From Promethearchaeota archaeon (GTDB lineage Archaea; Asgardarchaeota; Lokiarchaeia; Sigyniarchaeales; SOKP01): a DNA stretch of 64,000 nucleotides. The position numbers were made by a program, and so were the translations under genes. The stretch is taken from the NCBI GenBank assembly GCA_048939995.1, contig JBHLOY010000004.1, positions 192,001-256,000 of the forward strand, written 5' to 3'. Below the pieces are notes generated by a model. It searched no databases and was not told the DNA's origin. It worked only from the letters and a program-made list of their open reading frames with translations. Positions 42,697 through 51,018 of the stretch are shown here, piece after piece; position 1 is the stretch's first letter, and each line of letters begins with the position of its first letter.

Positions 42697-44961
42697 TTAG
42701 CGATAAAGATCCTCTGGTAGTTCCTTGATAGCTTCTTTATATGAGTGCTTAGCTTTATCTGCCCCCCTTTTTATTTTATCAGTTGCTTTTTCAAAATCCT
42801 CTTGAGAAATTTTGACTTTCGTATATGAGGCAGGATTTGTGAGATCGGCATTAGTATCGAATACTACTCTCCTAATTGCTAAAATTGAGGCTTCCTCGCA
42901 TACTGCTTTAATATCAGCGCCAGTATATCCCTCTAACATTTCTGCTAATACTTCAATATCAACATTATTATCTATAGGACGATTAGATAAATGAATCCCA
43001 AATATCTTCTTACGAGAAATTTTATTTGGTAATGGAATCTCTATGTGTCTTCCAAATCTACCTGATCTCAATAAAGCTGGATCTAATAAATCGGGGCGAT
43101 TTGTAGCAGCAATCAAGACTACATTCTTCAATTCTTCAAGTCCATCCATTTCTGTTAGAAGTTGAGCAACAACTTGTTCATTTACTCTTGAACTAGAAGA
43201 TTCAGCCCGTCTTGAAGCTATAGCATCTATTTCATCAAAGAAAATTATGCAAGGCGCAGCAGATCTTGCCTTTCGAAAGGTTTCTCGAACCGCTTTAGCA
43301 CTTTCACCTACCCATTTAGATAGAAATTCGGGACCTTTTACTGAAATAAAATTGATTTCGCTTTCGTGAGCAAGTGCTTTAGCCAATAAAGTTTTACCTG
43401 TCCCAGGGAGTCCAAACATTAAAATTCCACTTGGAGGTTTTGATTTCATGTATTTATAAAACTCTGGATATTTTAATGGCCATTCTATCACTTCTCTTAA
43501 TTGTTGTTTAACATCTTCTAAGCCGCCAATATCGTCCCAAGTTTCTGTTGGCTGAGTAATCAACACTTCCCTTAATGCAGAGGGCTCAATACTGTTTAAG
43601 GCTTCAATGAAATGATGCATTTTAATTTTTAATTTACTTAATACTTCTTCAGGGATAGGTTTATCTAAATCTATTTCGGGGATAATTTCCTTAATAGCTA
43701 GCATTGCTCCTTCTCTACAGAGGGCTTTAATATCAGCACCAATAAATCCATGAGTCTTTTCAGCTAATTCTCTTAAATCTACACTTTCATCTAAGGGTAT
43801 CCCTCGAGTATGAATTAATAAAATTTCATTTCGTCCATCAGTATCTGGAACCTTGATTTCAATTTCCCGATCAAATCTACCTGGTCTCCTTAAAGCATTA
43901 TCAACATTATTAACTTTATTCGTCGCTCCTATAATTATCATTTCACCCCTTCCCTTTAAGCCATCCATTAGAGAAAGCAATTGAGCAACGACTCTTGATT
44001 CTGCTTGGTTTTTTCCTTCATCTCTTTTTGGAGCAAGAGAGTCCAATTCATCTAAAAAAATTATTGATGGAGCATTTTCTTTCCCCTCTTCGAAAATTTT
44101 TCTTAGATTTTCTTCACTTTGACCAAAAAATTTACTCATTATTTCAGGGCCACTGACACTTATAAAATGAGCATCAGTTTCAGAAGCAACAGCTTTTGCT
44201 ATTAAGGTCTTTCCTGTACCAGGGGGGCCATGAAGTAAAACTCCTTTAGGAGGATCAATTCCTATCCTCTCAAATAGTTCTGGATGTCTTAATGGAAGTT
44301 CAATCATCTCTCTTATCTTCTGGATTGTATCTTCTAAACCCCCTATATCCTCATAAGTTATTCTTTCACGAATTTTTTGTAATTTTTCCTCTATATCGCT
44401 GATTCCTTCATACTTTACCACTTTTCTTTTAATCTCAATTGAAGCTTGAGTATTTTCAGTAAAAATTATTTTTGTATTTAGATTAATTCTAACAGCTTCT
44501 GTTTTAGGTGTATAATCCATAACAACTAAATCAATCCTATGAGCCATAGCATAGAAACTTAGACTATCACCCTTCATGATAACTCGATTTTCTAATTTTC
44601 TTGCTAAAGCTTGGGGATCTCGTGGGACTAAAGAAGAATCTAAACCAGCAAAAGTTATCACTTCGGCTAAATCAGCCTTTATTTTTTTTATTTCTACTAA
44701 CTCATCAATGGAGGCATTTAGATTTCGTCTTAAAGAAGGATCCATTCTAATTATTCCCTTTCCTTTGTCTTCACTCCTTCCTGTAGATAATAAAGCAACA
44801 GTTTTTTTGTTTAATACCGGGTGGTTGATCCGTATTATATCACCAATTTTTAAATCTAATATGTTTATTACATTTGGATCAATTCGAACAATTCCTCTGC
44901 CAGCATCTTCCTTAAACGCATCTTTAATTCTTAATTTTTTTTCTACTTCCAATTTAATCAC
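42697..44961 (-). CDS. cdc48: CDC48/VCP-family AAA+ ATPase
   Basis: N-domain DAGRGIVRID; two AAA modules (GPPGTGKT, GLPGTGKT); C-terminal LYR HbYX; probable start TTG 44952. Confidence 0.95.
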   Translation of the reverse strand: MIKLEVEKKLRIKDAFKEDAGRGIVRIDPNVINILDLKIGDIIRINHPVLNKKTVALLSTGRSEDKGKGIIRMDPSLRRNLNASIDELVEIKKIKADLAEVITFAGLDSSLVPRDPQALARKLENRVIMKGDSLSFYAMAHRIDLVVMDYTPKTEAVRINLNTKIIFTENTQASIEIKRKVVKYEGISDIEEKLQKIRERITYEDIGGLEDTIQKIREMIELPLRHPELFERIGIDPPKGVLLHGPPGTGKTLIAKAVASETDAHFISVSGPEIMSKFFGQSEENLRKIFEEGKENAPSIIFLDELDSLAPKRDEGKNQAESRVVAQLLSLMDGLKGRGEMIIIGATNKVNNVDNALRRPGRFDREIEIKVPDTDGRNEILLIHTRGIPLDESVDLRELAEKTHGFIGADIKALCREGAMLAIKEIIPEIDLDKPIPEEVLSKLKIKMHHFIEALNSIEPSALREVLITQPTETWDDIGGLEDVKQQLREVIEWPLKYPEFYKYMKSKPPSGILMFGLPGTGKTLLAKALAHESEINFISVKGPEFLSKWVGESAKAVRETFRKARSAAPCIIFFDEIDAIASRRAESSSSRVNEQVVAQLLTEMDGLEELKNVVLIAATNRPDLLDPALLRSGRFGRHIEIPLPNKISRKKIFGIHLSNRPIDNNVDIEVLAEMLEGYTGADIKAVCEEASILAIRRVVFDTNADLTNPASYTKVKISQEDFEKATDKIKRGADKAKHSYKEAIKELPEDLYR

Positions 44962-44993
44962 CCCTTTTAAAAAAAAAAAAAATAAGGTTATTT

Positions 44994-45980
44994 TTACTTA
45001 TTAAGTAATCCCGATGCTATTTCAAAGGCATAATTATAATCAAATATCTTTAATCCCTTTGTTTTTGAAGCTTCTCTTAAAATTTGACTCTCTGTATTCG
45101 CTTTCAGTGCTCCTAGCGCTAAAGCACCAATACAAAATACTCCTGGATAAATCTCATCATTTTTATGTTTTGGTTTAATACCTTCAATACCGTAGGGAGG
45201 TACAAGATTAATATCGATAACAATCTTTTTACCTGGTAATTTTTGCATCCATTCTGAACTTAATATTTCAACTCCCGCTGCTGCGAGAGACCATATTACA
45301 AGTGCATCTTCTGCGATTTCAAACCGTTGTTCTGGTCCTGGAGCAAATACTCCAAAAATCTTTTCTGATTCTCCTCCGGTTTCTTCATTAAGCTCTTTTG
45401 CTAAAGTATTTATGAAATCTTTATTAGATTTCTCCCAAGTCTCAACAATATAGGTTTTACACCCCATCTTTCCCGCTAAAACTGCAGCAATTCTACCAAC
45501 AGGTCCTGCACCAAATATCACCACTTTCTTATCTTTTAAATCTCTAATACCATGTTTCTTATTGGCAATACTAATTGTCATGGCGACGACCGCAGATGCA
45601 GTAGTGTGCGATCCTCTGGGGTCAATAATGATAGGACACTCGAAAGGTGGTACTAATGAATTTTTAACGGCTTTAGCTATTTTTTCGCCTTCTTTTACAT
45701 CTGAACCACCAATAAAGAAAGCTGTAGGGGCACTAGGTTTCCTAGAAAATATTGCATCTTGAACTAATTTAGGAACATATTCTGCTTTCATTTTATTGAG
45801 AGGTATAACAATATCAAAACCAGCATCATAGGCCATATTTATATCAAATGGAGATGCATTATCGTCTGTATCAAAAAAGTAACAAATTTTATCGGAGGTA
45901 TCTTGTTTCTTTATAATAATTGGAGTTAATTCGATTATAGATTTTTTTCCTAAAATACTTTCCACACTTTTCTCAACCAT
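44994..45980 (-). CDS. NAD(P)-dependent methylene-H4MPT dehydrogenase, MtdB-like
   Basis: SPFDINMAYDAGFD, VQDAIFSR, PPF..DPRGSHTTA, GAGPVG, DINLVPPYGIEG. Confidence 0.82.
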   Translation of the reverse strand: MVEKSVESILGKKSIIELTPIIIKKQDTSDKICYFFDTDDNASPFDINMAYDAGFDIVIPLNKMKAEYVPKLVQDAIFSRKPSAPTAFFIGGSDVKEGEKIAKAVKNSLVPPFECPIIIDPRGSHTTASAVVAMTISIANKKHGIRDLKDKKVVIFGAGPVGRIAAVLAGKMGCKTYIVETWEKSNKDFINTLAKELNEETGGESEKIFGVFAPGPEQRFEIAEDALVIWSLAAAGVEILSSEWMQKLPGKKIVIDINLVPPYGIEGIKPKHKNDEIYPGVFCIGALALGALKANTESQILREASKTKGLKIFDYNYAFEIASGLLNK

Positions 45981-46023
45981 TTTTTTCAACTCATTTCGTA
46001 ATTCAATTTTATAATAAAAAATT

Positions 46024-46755
46024 TTATTTTGAAATATCAATTTCTACATCTTTTTCGAAATCCTTTTCAAGTTCCTCAGTTTTAATAGTTCTTTTAATTT
46101 TAACTTGTTCCATTTCTATGCCTAAATCTTCTGATAGTTTTTCAATCCCATTAAAATGTCGAACATCGCATATAAACATCCCTTTCAACTTCTTTCCTTC
46201 TACATTCTTCGCAAGATTAAGAATATTCATCATCATCCATGCTTCTCTTACTTTATATCTTACTTCATCTTCTTGATTATCATAATCCTTCTTTAAATAC
46301 TCCTTCCATAATATTAACTTTTGAAACAGTTCATCATCTTCGGGAACTTTTCCTTGCTTTTGGATTAGTTCTCTAATTCTACATTCAAGATTTTTAATTG
46401 TAGATCTATGTTCATCTAAGGCTGATGAAAGATATAATTCAGCATTTTCAGAAATATCAGCAAGTTTGAAAGGAATCTTCCTTTTTTCAAATAGAGTTTT
46501 TAATGGATCATTTGCTTGATTTGCGTTATTCCAAAAATTCGGCTTTTCTTCCACAGCAAAATCAGGTTTATACTTTTCAATTAACGAATCAATCAATTGG
46601 AGGTATTCTTTTGAAATTAAATGAAGATTCCAAATAATATCTTCTTTAATTTCATCAGGAACTTCAAACCACCAATCAATTGGGAATTCACTCTCAACCA
46701 TTATCAATTTTAAATATTTATCCTTTAATGATTTTAATTCTAACACTTCTGGCAT
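46024..46755 (-). CDS. Uncharacterised protein, possible TraB/GumN/Tiki-like fold
   Basis: KYKPDFAVEE and VREAWM..MFICDVRHFNGI resemble TraB-type motifs; AGGAGG SD; paralog of its neighbour. Confidence 0.6.
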   Translation of the reverse strand: MPEVLELKSLKDKYLKLIMVESEFPIDWWFEVPDEIKEDIIWNLHLISKEYLQLIDSLIEKYKPDFAVEEKPNFWNNANQANDPLKTLFEKRKIPFKLADISENAELYLSSALDEHRSTIKNLECRIRELIQKQGKVPEDDELFQKLILWKEYLKKDYDNQEDEVRYKVREAWMMMNILNLAKNVEGKKLKGMFICDVRHFNGIEKLSEDLGIEMEQVKIKRTIKTEELEKDFEKDVEIDISK

Positions 46756-46774
46756 TTATTATCTCCTCCTTCTT

Positions 46775-47392
46775 TTAAAATATTATATTTTGTATTGTAT
46801 GTTTTTTATTATAAGAAACTACTTTTACACCTAATTCCCTCAAATTGTTTGTAATCTCTGGGCAAATATCTTCACAAATATCTTCTTGAACAAAATGTAC
46901 AAAAGCAATGATGTCTTTTTCGTACTTTGACAATAAGTCTAACATTCTCTTAACAATCCATTGAGGTCTTAGTTTTAAACTTAGAAATATTTCTTTTTCC
47001 TGAATCTCTTCACCTAACATGTCAATCCAATTTTTTAAACTAAGCCCTTTATATGACTCTTTCTCAATCATATTTTCATATTCTTCAAATAATTCAGTTT
47101 GTAACTGTTGGTTTTCAATAATTTCTTGATATAAATATCCCATTGCATAATCTGGAATATCAACTTGGAAATAAGGGATTTTAAGCTCATTTAATGTTAG
47201 AGCAAACGGAGTTTTGCTAAATTCTTTCATATTAACTTGAAAATCTACTGTCACAAAATCTACATTGTTCTTTCTTAAAAATTCTCTTAGTTTTGTGGTA
47301 TCTTTATTTTGAAAATACTTAGCATTTTCTTTCGAGGAAATATAGGCAATAATTTTTTTATTTTTTATAGGCTTTAATTCCAAAACCTCCAT
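46775..47392 (-). CDS. Uncharacterised protein, paralog of 46024..46755
   Basis: Shared xVLELKxxKxK start, IP(Y/F)xxxDI..YL and K(L/V)RxxW motifs; GAGGTG SD. Confidence 0.65.
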   Translation of the reverse strand: MEVLELKPIKNKKIIAYISSKENAKYFQNKDTTKLREFLRKNNVDFVTVDFQVNMKEFSKTPFALTLNELKIPYFQVDIPDYAMGYLYQEIIENQQLQTELFEEYENMIEKESYKGLSLKNWIDMLGEEIQEKEIFLSLKLRPQWIVKRMLDLLSKYEKDIIAFVHFVQEDICEDICPEITNNLRELGVKVVSYNKKHTIQNIIF

Positions 47393-47476
47393 TTTATAAA
47401 ACACCTCTCTCTAAACCTTTATTTAAAAGTTTAATATTACTCTAAGATTATAATCAAATTCTCAGAATAAAAAGAG

Positions 47477-47534
47477 TTTGACAAGAAAATTTTGTGATAA
47501 TTTGATAATTTTTTTAGTCAAGATTTCTTTTAAC
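47477..47534 (-). promoter_or_regulatory. Operator-like element: half-site plus TTGAT-N10-GTCAA (47501-47522)
   Basis: Same layout (half-site 24 bp from palindrome) and similar distance to the start codon as 42611-42668. Confidence 0.6.
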
Positions 47535-47633
47535 AAAATTTTATTTGTTATATGCAAAATCGAAATTTCTCCGACTGATAGCGCCATTCTCATTTTTGAA
47601 GTAGAAAATCTCATTGATCAAATCCTGACAAAG

Positions 47634-47685
47634 TTTAAATAGATCGATAACTATCATTATCATGAAGAGAAATAAAATTGTCAAA
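47634..47685 (+). promoter_or_regulatory. Putative promoter of the wHTH-hdrA operon: TATA-like TTTAAATA, degenerate palindrome TCGAT-N10-ATCAT and half-site TTGTCAAA
   Basis: TTTAAATA 47634-47641; palindrome 47643-47664; TTGTCAAA 47678-47685. Confidence 0.4.
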
Positions 47686-47729
47686 TTTCAAAATTAACAA
47701 AAAATTTAATCAAAAGAGGAGATTTAACC

Positions 47730-50276
47730 ATAGGTATTTATAGTATCTTATCTCACCCTTTTCGACAAAAAATCCTACTCTTGTTAGAAAAAGAAGGATT
47801 CATCCCATACACCGATTTAATGGAAAAAATGGGTATCAATCAAACAGGTCAGTTAAATTTCCATTTGAAAAAATTAGGGTCCTTAATAAATAAAGATAAA
47901 AAATCTTATTATTTAAGTGAAGATGGCAAAAAAATTTTAAGAATTATGAATTTGAGCAAGCGTATTTTAGCAGGTGAAGAAATAGAATACTTAGATAAAA
48001 AAGGGAGTGAAATTAGTAGAATAGGAGTGATTTTATGTGGTTGTAATACTGAAATATCCAATATAATAAATATCAATGCATTGGAAAGTCAAATTGAAAA
48101 ATTAGATGGAGTAGTTTCAGTGAAGGTTTTTGATAATTTATGCCAAGAAAAAAATTTAAATAATATAACAAATTGGTCAAAAGAAAATTTTTTAAACAAA
48201 GTTGTTATAGCTGCTTGTTCCCCTAAAACTCATCAACATATTTTTGAGCGAATTTTCAAAGATGTGATTGATAATGCAAATATTGAAATAGCAAATATTA
48301 GGGAACAATGTTGTTGGGTTCATCATTCAAATATTCAACAATTTGATCCTTTATTAGCATTAAAGAAAGCGAGTTTATTAATTGAGGCTGCAGTTGAACG
48401 TGTAAGGCTTCAAAAAGAGGTTAAAATAAAAACTGTAGAAGTGGAAAAAAGCTGTGCAATATTAGGGGGTGGTATCGCAGGTATGACATTAGCCCTTAAT
48501 CTTTCACGTGCAGGGATAAAAGTATACCTAATTGAAAAATCACCTACTTTAGGCGGGAAAGTAGCCAGATGGCATCGGATTTCTAACATGGGGGATTGCT
48601 CTATATGTTTTATTTCCGAATTAATTGGTGAAATCGTAAAAGAAAAAAATATTGAAATTTTGACTAACACTGAAGTAGAAACCGTTTCTGGAGAAGTAGG
48701 AAATTTTAGCTTAGATTTAATCAAGAAACCTCGATTTGTTGATGAGAAAAAGTGTACTGGGTGCAAACAATGCATAAATGTGTGTGGCAAAGAAAAGAAA
48801 AATCAGTATGAATTTGATTTAACTAATCGAAAAATAATATATATCCCCTTCCAAAATGCATATCCATATGCTCCTCTAATTGACGAAGAAGATATTAATA
48901 ATTGTTTAAACTGTAAGATATGTGAACGTGTTTGTATTAATAAAGCAATAGATCTAAGCCAAAAAGTTGAAAAAGTTCGAATTAAAGTCGGAGTTAAAGT
49001 TATAGCTATAGGTGCTGACCTGTACTCCAATCTAGTGAAATATCTATATAATCCTCAAAAAGATATTATCACTTCTGCTGAATTTGAGAGAATTCTATCT
49101 TCGGATGGCATTACTGAGGGAAAATTGCTAAGGTTATCAGATAAAAAACCGATAAATTCCATTTCAATCATTCAAGAAGTTGGTCCATCTAAATATCTTG
49201 CAGAATATTCTGAAAACTTAGCGCAAAAATATATTGAGGATATTAAAATAAGAAGTCCTGACTGTGAAGTAAATGTTTTTTACGATTTAAGTAAATTAAA
49301 AAATAAAGATGAGATATTTCTAAAATCAACCAATCCAAGATTTCTTTACGCTAATAACATATCTATTGAGTCTAATGGTAAAATTAACTATGTTATAGCC
49401 GATAATATTGAATTTCCAAGCGATCTGATAGTTTTAAATCTCAAATGTATACCTAATAAAGATCTAAAAATATTACGTAGATTCATGGATTTTACATTGA
49501 ATGATTACGGTTTTATGAGTGAAGAAACCCTAGCGTCAGGTATTTATGGAGTTGGAACAATATTTGGGGCTTTAAATTACCAAACTACCCTTTCTACAGT
49601 GAATACTGTTGCGTTAAAAATTATTGCACTACTCTCAAATGATTATTTATTAGCTGAATTTACTGGAATTGAAATTAATGAAGATAAATGTGGATTATGT
49701 GGATTATGTGAGAAAGCATGTCCTTATAATGCAATAACTATAGAATCGAATAAGATTAATATTGATAAATTTAAATGTAAAGGATGTGGTACATGCGCTG
49801 GAGTGTGTTCTACAAACGCCATTGAAATGAACATCGATACTTCAGAAAAGATTTTAAGAACAATTGAGATTTATTCAAAATTTGCTAAAAATCCTAAAAT
49901 TATCGCTTTTTGTTGTTCTTCTTGTGGTTATGCCGCAGCTGATGATGCTGGTCTAAAAAAGGAGTTATATCAACCAAATATTTTTGTGATCCGCATTCCC
50001 TGTACTGGAAGATTAGATACTGAATTTATTTTTAAATCTTTTGAGGTCGGATTTGATGGAGTAATGGTAATAGGATGCAGGAAAGATGCTTGCAGATATA
50101 TTGATGGTATTGAAAAAGCACAAAAAAAGATAACTCTCCTAAAAAGGATATTAAATCCCAAATATAGCAACCGAATTATATTTAAAAATTTAAATGCTGT
50201 AGAGGGCCATAAGTTTGCTGAGATCGCAAATAAATTTTATAATATTTTAAAGGAGGGGGCTACTAATCAAACTTAA
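47730..50276 (+). CDS. ArsR-like winged-HTH - HdrA-like flavoprotein/Fe-S - MvhD fusion
   Basis: IYSILSHPFRQKIL..GQLNFHLKKL (wHTH); GVILCGC, ACSP, NIREQCCWVH, GGGIAG, ferredoxin motifs (HdrA); IAFCCSSCGYAAAD, PCTGR, DGVMVIGC..CRY (MvhD); proposed ATA start after GAGGAG. Confidence 0.88.
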   Translation: MGIYSILSHPFRQKILLLLEKEGFIPYTDLMEKMGINQTGQLNFHLKKLGSLINKDKKSYYLSEDGKKILRIMNLSKRILAGEEIEYLDKKGSEISRIGVILCGCNTEISNIININALESQIEKLDGVVSVKVFDNLCQEKNLNNITNWSKENFLNKVVIAACSPKTHQHIFERIFKDVIDNANIEIANIREQCCWVHHSNIQQFDPLLALKKASLLIEAAVERVRLQKEVKIKTVEVEKSCAILGGGIAGMTLALNLSRAGIKVYLIEKSPTLGGKVARWHRISNMGDCSICFISELIGEIVKEKNIEILTNTEVETVSGEVGNFSLDLIKKPRFVDEKKCTGCKQCINVCGKEKKNQYEFDLTNRKIIYIPFQNAYPYAPLIDEEDINNCLNCKICERVCINKAIDLSQKVEKVRIKVGVKVIAIGADLYSNLVKYLYNPQKDIITSAEFERILSSDGITEGKLLRLSDKKPINSISIIQEVGPSKYLAEYSENLAQKYIEDIKIRSPDCEVNVFYDLSKLKNKDEIFLKSTNPRFLYANNISIESNGKINYVIADNIEFPSDLIVLNLKCIPNKDLKILRRFMDFTLNDYGFMSEETLASGIYGVGTIFGALNYQTTLSTVNTVALKIIALLSNDYLLAEFTGIEINEDKCGLCGLCEKACPYNAITIESNKINIDKFKCKGCGTCAGVCSTNAIEMNIDTSEKILRTIEIYSKFAKNPKIIAFCCSSCGYAAADDAGLKKELYQPNIFVIRIPCTGRLDTEFIFKSFEVGFDGVMVIGCRKDACRYIDGIEKAQKKITLLKRILNPKYSNRIIFKNLNAVEGHKFAEIANKFYNILKEGATNQT

Positions 50277-51012
50277 ATTTATTGTAGCTTCATTAACTTC
50301 ATGCAGTGGATGTATTTCAACATTGATGGCTTTAGATATGTTTTCTCAATTTTTAGAAAGGACCGAAATTTCATTTTTCCCATTTATTTCAGACCAAATT
50401 GAAGTTAATGATTCAGATATCGCATTAATAGAGGGTTGTGTTTCAGAAATCAGTCAAATAGCAACTTTGAAGAATATTAGGAAACATGCAAAAAAAGTTT
50501 ATGCTTTAGGTACCTGTGCTACTTTTGGGGGAATTTTGGGATTATCTAAAAGAAAAAATTCTGATCAAATCTCAAAATTTATAGATATTGATGGATTTAT
50601 ACCTGGTTGCCCCCCTCCAACAAATCTGCTAGGAAATTCCTTAATGAGACTAATTGAAAATAAGAGCATTATTTTATCAGAAAAAAATATGTGTATTTCT
50701 TGTCCTCTCAAAGATGAAATGCATTTAAATTCTCAAATCTCAAAACTTAGTCCTTCTAATTCTGAAATTATGTCAGATAAACGAGAATGCTTTTTAAATA
50801 ATGGAATTTTATGTTTAGGACCGATTACTCGAGAAGGGTGTAATAATAAATGTATAGAACTGGGAATACCATGTGAGGGATGCTTAGGTCCTCCTAAAAA
50901 ACAGTTTACTTCAAACCTAATTAATTTCTTAAGTCTGGTTCAACTATCCAATAAATTAAAGAGATATTCGGGTATTTTTTACAGATTTTCAAAACCAACA
51001 TTAAGAGGGTGA
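50263..51012 (+). CDS. mvhG: Group 3 [NiFe]-hydrogenase small subunit (MvhG-like)
   Basis: LTSCSGC (upstream of the first TTG), EGC, GTCATFGG, PGCPP, CLGPITREGC..C..PCEGC; start CTA 50263 or ATC 50266 after AGGAGG. Confidence 0.85.
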   Translation, partial: LIKLKFIVASLTSCSGCISTLMALDMFSQFLERTEISFFPFISDQIEVNDSDIALIEGCVSEISQIATLKNIRKHAKKVYALGTCATFGGILGLSKRKNSDQISKFIDIDGFIPGCPPPTNLLGNSLMRLIENKSIILSEKNMCISCPLKDEMHLNSQISKLSPSNSEIMSDKRECFLNNGILCLGPITREGCNNKCIELGIPCEGCLGPPKKQFTSNLINFLSLVQLSNKLKRYSGIFYRFSKPTLRG

Positions 51013-51018
51013 GGAAGA

